Source: an uncultured Oscillospiraceae bacterium
Lineage (GTDB): Bacteria; Bacillota; Clostridia; Peptostreptococcales; Anaerovoracaceae
NCBI GenBank assembly: GCA_964346675.1
Contig: CAYFUZ010000001.1
Coordinates: 19,272-83,271, forward strand
DNA length: 64,000 nt
Direction of reading: 5' to 3'
Shown here piece after piece: positions 10,319 through 20,098 of the stretch. The notes under the pieces were generated by a model. That model was given only the letters and a program-made list of their open reading frames with translations, was not told the DNA's origin and made no database searches. Each line of letters starts with the position of its first letter. Position 1 is the stretch's first letter. Position numbers and translations under genes: made by a program.

Positions 10319-11863
10319 ATGGAAGATGTCCATGCCATAGAACTCAGAGGTATCACGAAGCGTTTCGGAAGCAAGGTGATTGCCAACGATAATATAAATC
10401 TCTATGTGGATAGGGGTGTAATAATGTCTTTGCTTGGAGAGAACGGTTCAGGCAAAACCACCCTTATGAATATACTGGCGGGAATATACTATCCCGATGA
10501 AGGCGAAATTTTCGTCGACGGCAAACCGGTGACCATGCGATCCCCGAAAGACGCCTTTGACAATCGTATAGGAATGATTCATCAGCATTTTAAGCTGGTG
10601 GACGTGTTTACCGCGGCCGAAAATATCGTTTTGGGACTGGACGGTCCGATCAGGCTCGACAGAAAAATGATTTCCGAAAAAATAAGGGAAATCAGTACCA
10701 AGTACGGCTTTGATATAGATCCCGAGAAGAAAATCTACGAGATGTCCGTATCCGAAAAACAGACAGTAGAGATTATCAAGGTTCTCTACAGGGGTGCCGA
10801 TATTCTGATTTTAGATGAACCTACCGCGGTTCTTACCCCGCAGGAAATAGAAAAACTGTTTACGGTTATGCGTGCCATGCGCGATGACGGAAAATCCGTT
10901 ATAATCATTACTCATAAACTAAACGAGGTAATGGCCGTTTCGGATGTTGTCGCGGTTTTGCGCAAGGGCAGGCACATTAAGACCGTACGCACAAATCAGA
11001 CCGACCCGCAGGCTTTGACCGAAATGATGGTGGGAAGAAAGGTGGAGCTTAATATCGACAGAAAGCCTCCCGTCAATATTTCACCCAGACTTACCATCGC
11101 CGGACTTACGGTCAGAGACAGCGAGGGAGTTAAAAAACTGGACGACGTGGGTTTCATAGCTTATGGCGGAGAAATTCTCGGAATCGCGGGAATTGCTGGC
11201 AGCGGACAAAAGGAACTGCTGGAAAGCATTGCCGGACTTCGCAAAACGGAAAGCGGTTCTATTATTTATTCACCTAAAGACAGAGCGCCGGAGGATTTGA
11301 TAGGGAAAAGTCCAATGGAGATTAAAGAGGCGGGCGTTGCGCTGGCCTTTGTTCCGGAGGACAGGCTCGGAATGGGTCTTGTCGGCGGTATGGGAATGAC
11401 CGGCAACATGATGCTGCGTTCATGGAATAAGGGCAAGAGCATATTCGTTGACCGCAAGGCTCCTGAAAAGCTGGCGGCAGAGGTTTTAAGCAATCTCGAG
11501 GTTGTGACTCCCGGTGTTAATTATCCCGTAAGAAAGCTTTCGGGAGGAAATGTACAAAAGGTCCTGGTCGGAAGAGAAATAGCGTCGGCGCCGTCGGTGC
11601 TGATGAGTGCATATGCGGTAAGAGGTCTTGATATTAATACTTCCTACACGATATATAATCTTATGTGCGAGCAAAAGGCAAAAGGCGTGGCTGTTATATT
11701 TGTCGGCGAAGATCTGGACGTACTTTTGGAACTTTGCGACCGAATACTTGTTCTTTGCGACGGTAAGGTTTCGGGTATCGTGGACGCAAGAACGACCACC
11801 AAGGAGAATTTAGGTTTGCTTATGACATCTGTAGGCGGAAAGGAGGCTGAAAATGCACGATAA
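10319..11863 (+). CDS. ABC transporter ATP-binding protein, tandem ATPase domains (nucleoside/sugar type)
   Basis: 514 aa. Walker A GENGSGKTT, Walker B ILILDEPT, and a second degenerate cassette with LSGGNVQK. Confidence 0.9.
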   Translation: MEDVHAIELRGITKRFGSKVIANDNINLYVDRGVIMSLLGENGSGKTTLMNILAGIYYPDEGEIFVDGKPVTMRSPKDAFDNRIGMIHQHFKLVDVFTAAENIVLGLDGPIRLDRKMISEKIREISTKYGFDIDPEKKIYEMSVSEKQTVEIIKVLYRGADILILDEPTAVLTPQEIEKLFTVMRAMRDDGKSVIIITHKLNEVMAVSDVVAVLRKGRHIKTVRTNQTDPQALTEMMVGRKVELNIDRKPPVNISPRLTIAGLTVRDSEGVKKLDDVGFIAYGGEILGIAGIAGSGQKELLESIAGLRKTESGSIIYSPKDRAPEDLIGKSPMEIKEAGVALAFVPEDRLGMGLVGGMGMTGNMMLRSWNKGKSIFVDRKAPEKLAAEVLSNLEVVTPGVNYPVRKLSGGNVQKVLVGREIASAPSVLMSAYAVRGLDINTSYTIYNLMCEQKAKGVAVIFVGEDLDVLLELCDRILVLCDGKVSGIVDARTTTKENLGLLMTSVGGKEAENAR

Positions 11864-12935
11864 AACGCCTTTTATTCGTCTTGCAAAACGTGAGGACATG
11901 CCTCGCGCGCAGATATGGATGATAAGAATAGCAGCCTTTTTTGCAGCCTTAATCATAGGAATGCTGGTGTTCTCCATAGTTGATACGAATCCTCTGGAGG
12001 CGTATGCGGCCATTGTAAGGGGGGCTTTGGGGAAAAAGGCGGGTATAAGGCAGGTTATAAGAAATGCGATTCCACTTCTCGGAACTGCGTTGGCCCTTGC
12101 TCCTTGCTTTAGGATGCGCTATTGGAATATAGGTGCGGAAGGTCAGATTACGATGGGTGCCGTAGCTGTGACATTCTTTGCGGTTCATTTCGGGAAGATT
12201 CTTCCTGCGCCCGTGATGCTTACGGTTATGGGAATAGGCGGGGTTATTTTCGGTGCACTCTGGGCCGTTATCCCGGCTCTCTTTAAGGCTCGCTGGGGAA
12301 CAAACGAGACTTTGTTTACACTGATGATGAACTATATAGCCATAGGTATTGCGGCCTGGCTGGTCGGAGGTCCCTGGGAGGGGAAGCCGGGAAGTCAGAT
12401 TATGCCGATGTTTGATACCTCCGCAATTCTGCCAAAACTCTTGGGTGTCAACAGCGGCTGGTTAATAGTACTTGTTCTTACAGTTTTGGTGTATATCTAT
12501 ATGAAATATACAAAGCATGGCTACGAGATTGCCGTGCTGGGTGAATCCGAGAACACCGCAAGATATGCGGGAATGAATGTAGGCAAAATAATCATCAGAA
12601 CCGCCTCGCTTTCAGGCGCAATCTGCGGCTTGGTGGGTTTTATAGTAGCAAGCGGTACGGACATGACGCTTTATTCGACGGTTGCAAACAACGCAGGCTT
12701 TACGGCAATAACGGTTTGCTGGCTAGCTCAGTTGAATCCGTTCGCAATGATTATAATAGCCTTGCTTCTGGCAGTTTTGAGTAAAGGTTCAAGCACCCTT
12801 CAAACTGTGATGGGAGTTCCGCCATCTATTACCGGAATCATAACGGGCATTATACTTCTTTGCATGCTCGGTTGCGAGTTTTTTATAAATTACAAGATGT
12901 TCTTCCGCGGGCATCACGAAAAGGAGGCGGTATAA
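11853..12935 (+). CDS. ABC transporter permease (BMP/nucleoside system)
   Basis: 360 aa polytopic membrane protein. AAGGAGG RBS. Overlaps the ATPase gene by 11 nt. Confidence 0.85.
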   Translation: MHDKTPFIRLAKREDMPRAQIWMIRIAAFFAALIIGMLVFSIVDTNPLEAYAAIVRGALGKKAGIRQVIRNAIPLLGTALALAPCFRMRYWNIGAEGQITMGAVAVTFFAVHFGKILPAPVMLTVMGIGGVIFGALWAVIPALFKARWGTNETLFTLMMNYIAIGIAAWLVGGPWEGKPGSQIMPMFDTSAILPKLLGVNSGWLIVLVLTVLVYIYMKYTKHGYEIAVLGESENTARYAGMNVGKIIIRTASLSGAICGLVGFIVASGTDMTLYSTVANNAGFTAITVCWLAQLNPFAMIIIALLLAVLSKGSSTLQTVMGVPPSITGIITGIILLCMLGCEFFINYKMFFRGHHEKEAV

Positions 12936-13921
12936 TGGATTTCAACATTATAGGTTTGATAAAGGCCGCTGTTTTAAACGGCACGCCGCTGCTTTACGGA
13001 ACCTCCGGCGAGATACTTACGGAAAAGTCGGGAAATATGAACCTCGGAGTTGAGGGTCTTATGTATATGGGTGGGGCTTTCGGGCTTTTAGGAGCCTTTG
13101 TCTACGGCAATGCTATGGGAGATGCCGCAAGCGGAGCGGTGGCCGTAATAATAGCGCTTGTATGTTCGTTTCTTGCGGGTGTTTTCGGGTCTCTAATATT
13201 CAGTTTTCTGACCATTACGCTCAGGGCAAATCAGAACGTAACCGGCCTTGCGCTTACTATTTTCGGAACGGGTGTGGGGCAGTTCGTAGGTGAAATGATG
13301 CGTATCAGGGTCGGCGGCAACGTAGCAATCAGCAATGCCCTTAAAGTCGCTTTTGCGGATTCGATTTTCCCTAAGGCCGTCCAAAACATACCGGTAATAG
13401 GGCCGATTCTTTTCAGCTACAATGTTTTCGTTTATCTGGGTTTTGTAATAGTAATTATAATGTCGTGGTTTATGAACAGGACACGGAAAGGACTCCATTT
13501 AAGAGCTGTGGGAGAATCTCCGGCCACTGCCGATGCGGCCGGTATAAACGTGGAAAAATACAGGTATTTTGCGACAGTAATAGGCGGCGGAATTTCGGCT
13601 GTCGGCGGCATGGTTTATACCATGACCATAGCGGGAACCGTATGGAATCATGTGGGGCTTGCAGGCGAGGGATGGATTGCTGTGGCGCTTGTAATATTCT
13701 GTCTGTGGAGACCGATAAACAGCCTATGGGGTTCGGTTCTTTTCGGCGCTTTGCTGATACTTTATTTAAGGCTTCCCGTCCCGTTTATCCCCACTCAGAT
13801 TTATAAAGTTGTGCCGTATATAGTAACAGCTCTTGTGCTCATAGCGGTGTCCGTTCGTCAGCGCAGAGAGGACCAGCCTCCTGCAGCTTTAGGGACCGCA
13901 TATTTCAGAGAGGAAAGATAA
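12935..13921 (+). CDS. ABC transporter permease (BMP/nucleoside system)
   Basis: Polytopic membrane protein. The start was set at MDFNIIGL (TAATG overlap, AAGGAGG RBS at 12921-12927) rather than the longer ORF-track start at 12860. Confidence 0.85.
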   Translation: MDFNIIGLIKAAVLNGTPLLYGTSGEILTEKSGNMNLGVEGLMYMGGAFGLLGAFVYGNAMGDAASGAVAVIIALVCSFLAGVFGSLIFSFLTITLRANQNVTGLALTIFGTGVGQFVGEMMRIRVGGNVAISNALKVAFADSIFPKAVQNIPVIGPILFSYNVFVYLGFVIVIIMSWFMNRTRKGLHLRAVGESPATADAAGINVEKYRYFATVIGGGISAVGGMVYTMTIAGTVWNHVGLAGEGWIAVALVIFCLWRPINSLWGSVLFGALLILYLRLPVPFIPTQIYKVVPYIVTALVLIAVSVRQRREDQPPAALGTAYFREER

Positions 13922-13976
13922 CGAAAAAACGGTGTCGCCTGTAAAACAGACGGCACAGATTTTTCGTTTGCGGGTT

Positions 13977-14231
13977 TTAAGTGATGAAAAAATCCGCGTC
14001 GACTAAAGCCTTAATCAGTATGGTTGCTTGTTCGGGTTTAAATATTGCGTTTGTCTGAAGAAAGCTTACAACTTTTTCAAGGAGCTCACGATTTGTGGTA
14101 ATGTCACTTACCAGCGTGAGCTCTTTTTCCGCGTCACAATATTTCAAACCGTAGGTACTGACATAGTCGTTTTCTTCCACTCCTTCGCATTTGCATACAG
14201 AATAAGTGTAATTTCTTTTTTCTACGAACAT
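13977..14231 (-). CDS. Small hypothetical protein (84 aa), orphan
   Basis: ORF with an AGGAGG RBS 8 nt upstream of MFVEKRN. No motif I can name. One sampled 60-nt line is about 37% GC, against about 55% in sampled core genes. Confidence 0.5.
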   Translation of the reverse strand: MFVEKRNYTYSVCKCEGVEENDYVSTYGLKYCDAEKELTLVSDITTNRELLEKVVSFLQTNAIFKPEQATILIKALVDADFFIT

Positions 14232-14408
14232 CTGACACTTACCTCCTTTCGCTTTTTTAAATAGTGCCGTCATAAGTAACTACTTACATAAATGTTAATA
14301 TTAGATATTTTTGTCATAAGACGTCACATCGGTATTATATAATACGTCTGGAAATAATTACAAGTATGTTTTAGCAAAAAATAGAAATTATTTTAGTGCC
14401 TCCTACTA

Positions 14409-14438
14409 TTGTACCTCCGGCAAATATGATGATATAAT
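14409..14438 (+). promoter_or_regulatory. Putative sigma-A promoter for gdhA (TTGTAC, 18 nt spacer, TATAAT)
   Basis: Hexamers read from the sequence in the AT-rich spacer upstream of gdhA. Confidence 0.3.
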
Positions 14439-14512
14439 TTATCATTATCGTATTATGATGAAATTAATTTTTGACTGATCTTGTTAAATACATTACAGAG
14501 GAGGTATATAAG

Positions 14513-15859
14513 ATGGCTCGTATCGTAGACAAGTATATTGAAATTGCCAGGAAAAGAAACCCGGGAGAACCGGAGTTCATACAAACTGTGGAGGAGGTAC
14601 TGGGAAGCATTGAATCGGTGCTGAAGAAGAATCCCAAATATATAAAAAGCGGACTTATCGAAAGACTTATTGAGCCGGAGAGAATGATATCATTTCGCGT
14701 TACATGGACTGACGACAAGGGCAATGTTCATGTCAATCGCGGATACAGATGCCAGTTCAACAGCGCGTTAGGACCTTACAAGGGAGGTCTTAGGTTTGCG
14801 CCCGGTGTATATCCAGGAATTATGAATTGTCTGGCTTTTGAGCAGACTTTCAAAAATGCTCTTACTGGTCTTCCCATAGGTGGCGCCAAAGGTGGTTCGG
14901 ACTTCGATCCAAACGGAAAGTCCGATGCGGAGATCATGCGTTTTTGTCAGGCCTTTATGACCGAGCTTTACAGGCATATAGGCGCTGATCTTGATTCTCC
15001 TGCGGGCGATTTGGGTGTAAGCGGCAAGGAAATAGGTTATCTGTACGGGCAGTACAAGCGTATCACGGGAATTTCCGACGGCAGCGGTATGACGGGCAAG
15101 CCGGTATGTATACAGGGACTTAGAGGAAGAACCGAGGCCACGGGCCACGGCATAGTATTCTTTCTTAAACATATGCTCGAGTCCAAGGGTGAATCCCTTG
15201 AGGGCAAGACTGTTGTTATTTCAGGTTTCGGCAATGTTGCCTGGGGAACCGCGCAGCAACTGGAAATAGAAGGAGCCAAGCTTATAGCGTTTTCCGGACC
15301 GGACGGATATATACTTGATGAAGAAGGCATCAGCGGAAAGAAAGTCGAATATTTTTTGAATCTGCGTTCCTCGGGAAAGGATATATGCGAACCGTACGCA
15401 AAGAAATTCAAAAATGCAAAGTTCTTCAAGGGAGAAAAACCGTGGGGTGTTAAGGCCGATATTTATATTCCTTGCGCTACTCAAAACGACGTTAACCTTG
15501 AAAGCGCAAAGCTCATCGTAAAGAACAAGGCTAAATTTTACTGTGAGGGCGCAAACATGCCGACAACAAACGAAGCGCTTGAATATCTTCAGGCAAACGG
15601 TGTTTTCGTAGGCCCTGCCAAGGCGGCGAATGCGGGGGGTGTTTCCTGCTCCGCCATAGAGATGAGCCAGAATGCGAGAAAGATGCCTGTTTCCGGTGAA
15701 GAAGTGGATGAAATGCTGCGGGAAATCATGAAGCACATATTTGAGGTTTCCGAAGCTGCAGCCAAAGAATACGGACTGGGCGACAACATAGTGGCAGGCG
15801 CAAATATCGCGGGCTTTCTGGCGGTAGCGGAAGCCATGGAAGCGCAGGGACTGGTTTAA
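14513..15859 (+). CDS. gdhA: NADP-specific glutamate dehydrogenase
   Basis: About 448 aa. Glu/Leu/Phe/Val dehydrogenase signature region (YKGGLRF, LPIGGAKGGSDFDP) and Rossmann GFGNVAWG. Start set at MARIVDKY, preceded by GAGGAGG. Confidence 0.93.
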   Translation: MARIVDKYIEIARKRNPGEPEFIQTVEEVLGSIESVLKKNPKYIKSGLIERLIEPERMISFRVTWTDDKGNVHVNRGYRCQFNSALGPYKGGLRFAPGVYPGIMNCLAFEQTFKNALTGLPIGGAKGGSDFDPNGKSDAEIMRFCQAFMTELYRHIGADLDSPAGDLGVSGKEIGYLYGQYKRITGISDGSGMTGKPVCIQGLRGRTEATGHGIVFFLKHMLESKGESLEGKTVVISGFGNVAWGTAQQLEIEGAKLIAFSGPDGYILDEEGISGKKVEYFLNLRSSGKDICEPYAKKFKNAKFFKGEKPWGVKADIYIPCATQNDVNLESAKLIVKNKAKFYCEGANMPTTNEALEYLQANGVFVGPAKAANAGGVSCSAIEMSQNARKMPVSGEEVDEMLREIMKHIFEVSEAAAKEYGLGDNIVAGANIAGFLAVAEAMEAQGLV

Positions 15860-15888
15860 AGCAGAGTATTTCTGAAAGGGAGGCAATC

Positions 15889-16365
15889 ATGAAAAAGTTA
15901 AAAGTGCTGCTCGTCGTTATGTTGACGGTGGCTATCGCTCTGGGCGGCATAGTGCTGGCCTTCGGCGCCGAAGGTGACCCCGGAACATCGAGTGATCCCA
16001 TAGTAACCAAGAGTTATGTGGACAGAGCTATAGAGAATATAAGAATTGCTCTTAACGAAAAAATTGATAGCCTTGGGTCCGGCACGGGTGGTGCTGCAAG
16101 CTCGGCTTGGCAGATAGTTCAGGCCGCTCAGGGAAAGAGTTTGGTAGGCGGTCAGGGAACTCAGATTATACTTCGTTCAGGTAGGGCTACTGCGATAGAC
16201 AACGGCTCAAGCGGTGTGTCGGATCTTACGGGCGGTAAGGATTTGATGGCGAATGAAAACGTTGCGGCAAATCACCTGCTGCTGGTGCCGCGCGCAGACG
16301 GCCGCGGCATAAAGTGTGAAACGGAATGCTGGGTAATGGTGCTGGGCACATACGAGCTTAAGTAA
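15889..16365 (+). CDS. Hypothetical secreted or membrane-anchored protein heading the polysaccharide cluster
   Basis: 158 aa. N-terminal hydrophobic signal/anchor (LLVVMLTVAIALGGIVLAFGA), Gly/Ser-rich middle. GGGAGG RBS. TAATG overlap with the next gene. Confidence 0.55.
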   Translation: MKKLKVLLVVMLTVAIALGGIVLAFGAEGDPGTSSDPIVTKSYVDRAIENIRIALNEKIDSLGSGTGGAASSAWQIVQAAQGKSLVGGQGTQIILRSGRATAIDNGSSGVSDLTGGKDLMANENVAANHLLLVPRADGRGIKCETECWVMVLGTYELK

Positions 16366-18560
16366 TGCGTATAATGTTTTTTGCCGGCGGAGGAGACATA
16401 GGCGGCGGAAAAACACATATACTGACTCTTGCACACGAACTGTTGAGTGAAAACGAGGTTCGGCTTTTGAGCTTTCGACACGGAGTTTTTTCCGACGAAG
16501 CGTCAGCCATGGGTATAGATACCGTTTCGGTAGATCACCGAAAGGGTTATTTACATGCGGTTAAAACTGCCCTGGCTCAGGTAGATAAATTTAAGCCAGA
16601 CATAGTTCATTGTCATGGCTCCAAGGCAAATTCGCTTGGAATTATAGTAAAGAGCAGGCGTGGCATACCGGTAATAACAACGGTGCATTCCGATCCGGAG
16701 CTGGACTATCTCGGCAGTCCCTTAAGGAAATATACATACGGAGCTATCAATGCTTTGTCATTAAGGCGTATGGACTATTACGTCGCGGTGGCAGGGAGAA
16801 TGAAACAGCTGCTTATAGAGCGCGGTTTTGATCCGAATCGGATCTTTACTGTTTTTAACGGGCTTGATTTTTCAGGAGCCCGGGAATCTCCGCGTCCCGA
16901 AAAAGAGTCCGGTCTTCCGATAAATATAGGGATAGCCGCAAGACTCAATCCTGTCAAAGATATCAAAACTCTGATCAGAGCGTTCGCAAAGGCTTATGCG
17001 AAAGATTCCAGGCTCCGTCTTAAAATTGCCGGTGTCGGAGAAGATGAGAATACTCTGAAAAAACTCGCGGTGCAGCTTGGTGTCAGCGATGTTATAAGCT
17101 TTGAGGGCTGGGTATCCGATATTAATGAGTTTTTCAAGGATATAGATATTAACGTCCTTTCTTCTTTATCTGAAACCTTTCCGTACTCTTTGCTGGAGGG
17201 CGCATATGAACATTGTCCCGCAATCGCAAGCAACGCCGGTGGAATTCCTTATCTGATTGAACACGGAAAAACCGGTTTGCTTTTCGAGTGCGGAGATGAC
17301 AATACATTTGCTGAATATATATTGCTGCTTGCGAATGACCCTAAGCTGAGGACCGAGCTTGCCGAAAATCTTTTCAATAAAGCGAAGGAGCAGTTCAGCT
17401 TGCAGCGAATGGCAGCGGACCAGCAGGATATATATAAGTCAGTGCTGCGCATTAACGAGAAAAGCAAGAGCCGCTACGGTGCGGTTCTTTGTGGCGCTTA
17501 TGGAAGGGGCAACGCAGGCGACGAAGCTATACTGCGAGCCATTACAAACGAACTCAGATCTATAGATAAGGATATGCCCGTATGGGTAATGTCCAAAAAC
17601 CCCGAGGAAACAAGGCTTAAGGAAGCGACCCGAAGCTTTTATATATTTGACATACTTGAATTTTTTAAAGCGCTGCGAAAGGCTGAGCTTTTTATAAGCG
17701 GCGGGGGAAGCCTGATTCAGGACGTTACCTCCGCCCGCTCGCTGTACTTTTATCTCTTTACGCTTAAAGCGGCTAAAAGGGCGAAATGTAAAATTGCAAT
17801 GTACGGATGCGGAATAGGTCCGATACTTACCGAAGCTCACAAAAAAATTACAGCAAGGGTTCTTAATGAAACAGCCGATGTAATAACTTTAAGAGACTCA
17901 ATGTCGGAGAGGCTGCTGAATGAAATAGGCGTTACCTCACCGGAGATTATTCATACGGCAGATCCGACGTTCAGTCTGCCTTCAACGAGCGATCAAAAAA
18001 TAAGGGAGGCTTTTGCCAGTGAGAATATTCCTGAAGGCCTAAGCATGATGGGTTTTTGTTTAAGAACTTGGGAGAGTTTTACAAGGCCCGACTTGGTGGC
18101 AAAGGCTGCGGAATACGCATATAGGCGCTACAATCTTATTCCGGTATTTCTTCCCATAGAAACTCCCAAAGATATAGAAATAGGAAGGAGTACGGCCGAT
18201 ATGCTGCCTCGTGACGTGCCGCGCTATGTGTGTACAAAACGTCATCAGGATGTTGAACTTATAGGCATGCTCGGCAAAATGCAGCTGGTATGCGGCATGC
18301 GATTGCATTCCTTGATTTTTGCTACAGCTGCGGCTACACCTGCAATCGGTATTTCCTATGACGTAAAGGTAGACAGTTTTATCAGGGAAATCGAAAGCGA
18401 TGCCTGCGTAAAGACCGAAGATCTTACAGAGGGGATACTTGAGAGTTTCATAGATAAGGCTATGATAATAGGCAAGGCCGGTGGAGAAGCCGCCTCGCTT
18501 AGGCTTAAGCTTGCGGAAGAAAAGAACGGCGCCGCCGTAAGGAAGCTGTTGGAATTATGA
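16365..18560 (+). CDS. csaB: Fusion protein: GT4 glycosyltransferase (N-terminal) plus polysaccharide pyruvyl transferase CsaB (C-terminal)
   Basis: 731 aa. Residues about 1-365 have a GT4 layout (FFAGGGDIGGGKTH ... E..P.SLLEG ... G.TGLLF). Residues about 370-731 match CsaB hallmarks (GAYGRGNAGDEAILRAI, ISGGGSLIQDVTS, YGCGIGP, TLRD..S, ADPTF). Confidence 0.8.
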   Translation: MRIMFFAGGGDIGGGKTHILTLAHELLSENEVRLLSFRHGVFSDEASAMGIDTVSVDHRKGYLHAVKTALAQVDKFKPDIVHCHGSKANSLGIIVKSRRGIPVITTVHSDPELDYLGSPLRKYTYGAINALSLRRMDYYVAVAGRMKQLLIERGFDPNRIFTVFNGLDFSGARESPRPEKESGLPINIGIAARLNPVKDIKTLIRAFAKAYAKDSRLRLKIAGVGEDENTLKKLAVQLGVSDVISFEGWVSDINEFFKDIDINVLSSLSETFPYSLLEGAYEHCPAIASNAGGIPYLIEHGKTGLLFECGDDNTFAEYILLLANDPKLRTELAENLFNKAKEQFSLQRMAADQQDIYKSVLRINEKSKSRYGAVLCGAYGRGNAGDEAILRAITNELRSIDKDMPVWVMSKNPEETRLKEATRSFYIFDILEFFKALRKAELFISGGGSLIQDVTSARSLYFYLFTLKAAKRAKCKIAMYGCGIGPILTEAHKKITARVLNETADVITLRDSMSERLLNEIGVTSPEIIHTADPTFSLPSTSDQKIREAFASENIPEGLSMMGFCLRTWESFTRPDLVAKAAEYAYRRYNLIPVFLPIETPKDIEIGRSTADMLPRDVPRYVCTKRHQDVELIGMLGKMQLVCGMRLHSLIFATAAATPAIGISYDVKVDSFIREIESDACVKTEDLTEGILESFIDKAMIIGKAGGEAASLRLKLAEEKNGAAVRKLLEL

Positions 18561-19612
18561 ATATACTTTTTTTGATAAATTTCGCAGGCAGGGGCGGCAG
18601 CGAAAAATATGTGGACAATCTTCAGCGCATATATACAGAGGGCGGTGACAAGTGCTTTTTGGTGTATAATGTTGAAGGACAACTCTCGGAGAACATGAAA
18701 CGGCGTGGAGTTTCATGCTTGAGGCTTGATTTGACCAGAGCCGCAATGAATGCTTCCGCAAAAAAACTGGCGGCGTTTTGCAGTGAAAACTCGGTTGATG
18801 TTATACATGCGCAGTTTCCGGTCGAAAACATAATCGCGATTAAGTCGCTGAAATATTACGATAAGCCTAAAGTTGTTTTTACGAGTCATATCAGCAGGCG
18901 GCAGGGATTTAGATGGAAATTGCTTAACCGTGTGTATACCCGCAAAAATCATGCAGTGGTAAGCGTATGCGACGACGGTGCGGAAAAACTCGTTGCCGAC
19001 GGCATAAGCCGCGATAAAATTAGGGTGATCTATAACGGTGTCATACCGAATGATGAACTTAGAAGCTTTCCTGCAAGCGATCCTTTCAAAATGTGTATAG
19101 CCGCAAGATATTCTCCCGAGAAAGGCCTTGACTTTCTTGTGGACGTGCTGCGCGAGATAAAGCGGCGTTCCGAAAAGAAGTTTATTTGCACAATAGTAGG
19201 CGACGGAGACGGTTTTGCTGCGATTAAGGAAAAAATTCATAGTCTGGGACTCGCCGAAAATGTTATTCAGGCGGGGTACATAACGGATGTTAAACGTTTT
19301 CTGGCAGAAAACAATTTATATCTTAATACCAGCAGCGTAGAGGCTATGAGCCTTGCTGTGCTTGAGGCCATGAACGAAGGGCTTGCGGTTGTGGCGAGCG
19401 ACGCAGGCGCAAATAAATTTATGATAGAGGATGATATAGTTTGCGGCAAGGTGGTGAAATACGGAGACATCGGAGGATTTGCCGATGCTGTTCTTGAATA
19501 TATGAACAATGACGACTTGCTGCGAATTCATTCTGCCGCAGCCCACGAAAAGATAAAAAAGAAATTTGATTTAAGAAAACTGGCGGCTGATACACGCGCG
19601 GTTTATAAATAG
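18557..19612 (+). CDS. Glycosyltransferase family 4
   Basis: 351 aa. N-terminus FLINFAGRGGSEKY and C-terminal GT4 core (S..EAMSLAVLEAM..GLAVVASDAG). ATGA overlap with the upstream gene. Confidence 0.85.
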   Translation: MNILFLINFAGRGGSEKYVDNLQRIYTEGGDKCFLVYNVEGQLSENMKRRGVSCLRLDLTRAAMNASAKKLAAFCSENSVDVIHAQFPVENIIAIKSLKYYDKPKVVFTSHISRRQGFRWKLLNRVYTRKNHAVVSVCDDGAEKLVADGISRDKIRVIYNGVIPNDELRSFPASDPFKMCIAARYSPEKGLDFLVDVLREIKRRSEKKFICTIVGDGDGFAAIKEKIHSLGLAENVIQAGYITDVKRFLAENNLYLNTSSVEAMSLAVLEAMNEGLAVVASDAGANKFMIEDDIVCGKVVKYGDIGGFADAVLEYMNNDDLLRIHSAAAHEKIKKKFDLRKLAADTRAVYK

Positions 19613-19621
19613 GAGGACAAA

Positions 19622-20098
19622 ATGCTTGATGAGAAAGGCAGACTTTTCGGTAAAATCAATATTGTCGATCTGCTTATAGTAGTAATTATAATTGCGGCCA
19701 TCGCTTTTATAGGGCTTAAGTATGTACTTCCGGCCCGGGAAGACGCACAGTCGGGGCAGCCTGTCACCATGGTGCTTTACGCGGAAAGCTCGAAAAAATA
19801 TGTGGTCGAGAATCTCACTGCGGGAGTTCCGGTTTGCGACAACGGGGACAAGGCGGTACTCGGAACCCTTGAGTCCTGGTCCTCGGACAAATATGTAGAA
19901 CGCTATACGAAAGACGGCATGCTTTTTGAATCCGCACCGGAAGATACTTGTATTGTAGAGCTTGTAGTAAAAGGGACCGGCACAAAGGGCGATTTCGGCG
20001 TGACCATAGACGGCTCTTTGTACGGTATAGGGCATACCATGGTGGTTTACTGCGGTGACAGCAAATTCTTTGTAAGCGTAAAGGATATAATTTACTAA
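19622..20098 (+). CDS. DUF4330-like single-pass membrane protein
   Basis: 158 aa. The N-terminus GRLFGKINIVDLLIVVIIIAAIAF is characteristic of the DUF4330 family as I remember it. AGGAGG RBS. Confidence 0.6.
   Translation: MLDEKGRLFGKINIVDLLIVVIIIAAIAFIGLKYVLPAREDAQSGQPVTMVLYAESSKKYVVENLTAGVPVCDNGDKAVLGTLESWSSDKYVERYTKDGMLFESAPEDTCIVELVVKGTGTKGDFGVTIDGSLYGIGHTMVVYCGDSKFFVSVKDIIY

Noticed and set aside
12860-12934. Longer starts given by the ORF track for several genes: 12860 permease, 14471 gdhA, 25806 ftsX, 39318 pgk, 50196 pfkA, 53670 livH, 8368 xpt.
   Set aside because: Each extension overlaps the preceding gene or lacks an RBS. A downstream ATG with a good Shine-Dalgarno sequence gives the canonical family N-terminus.
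14273-14286. Palindrome TAAGTA-AC-TACTTA upstream of the small minus-strand ORF, considered as a possible operator.
   Set aside because: It is a short AT-rich palindrome in an AT-rich spacer. Chance occurrence is plausible, and there is no cognate regulator nearby.
15221-15886. Long antisense ORFs opposite well-conserved genes. Examples: 221 aa opposite gdhA, 211 aa at 36217-36852 opposite ileS, 218 aa at 57638-58294, 180 aa at 61520-62062, and 183 aa at 38179-38730.
   Set aside because: They lie entirely within strongly supported genes on the other strand. Their composition is low-complexity or Ser/Arg/Leu-rich, as is typical of shadow frames. They have no RBS and no recognisable motifs.
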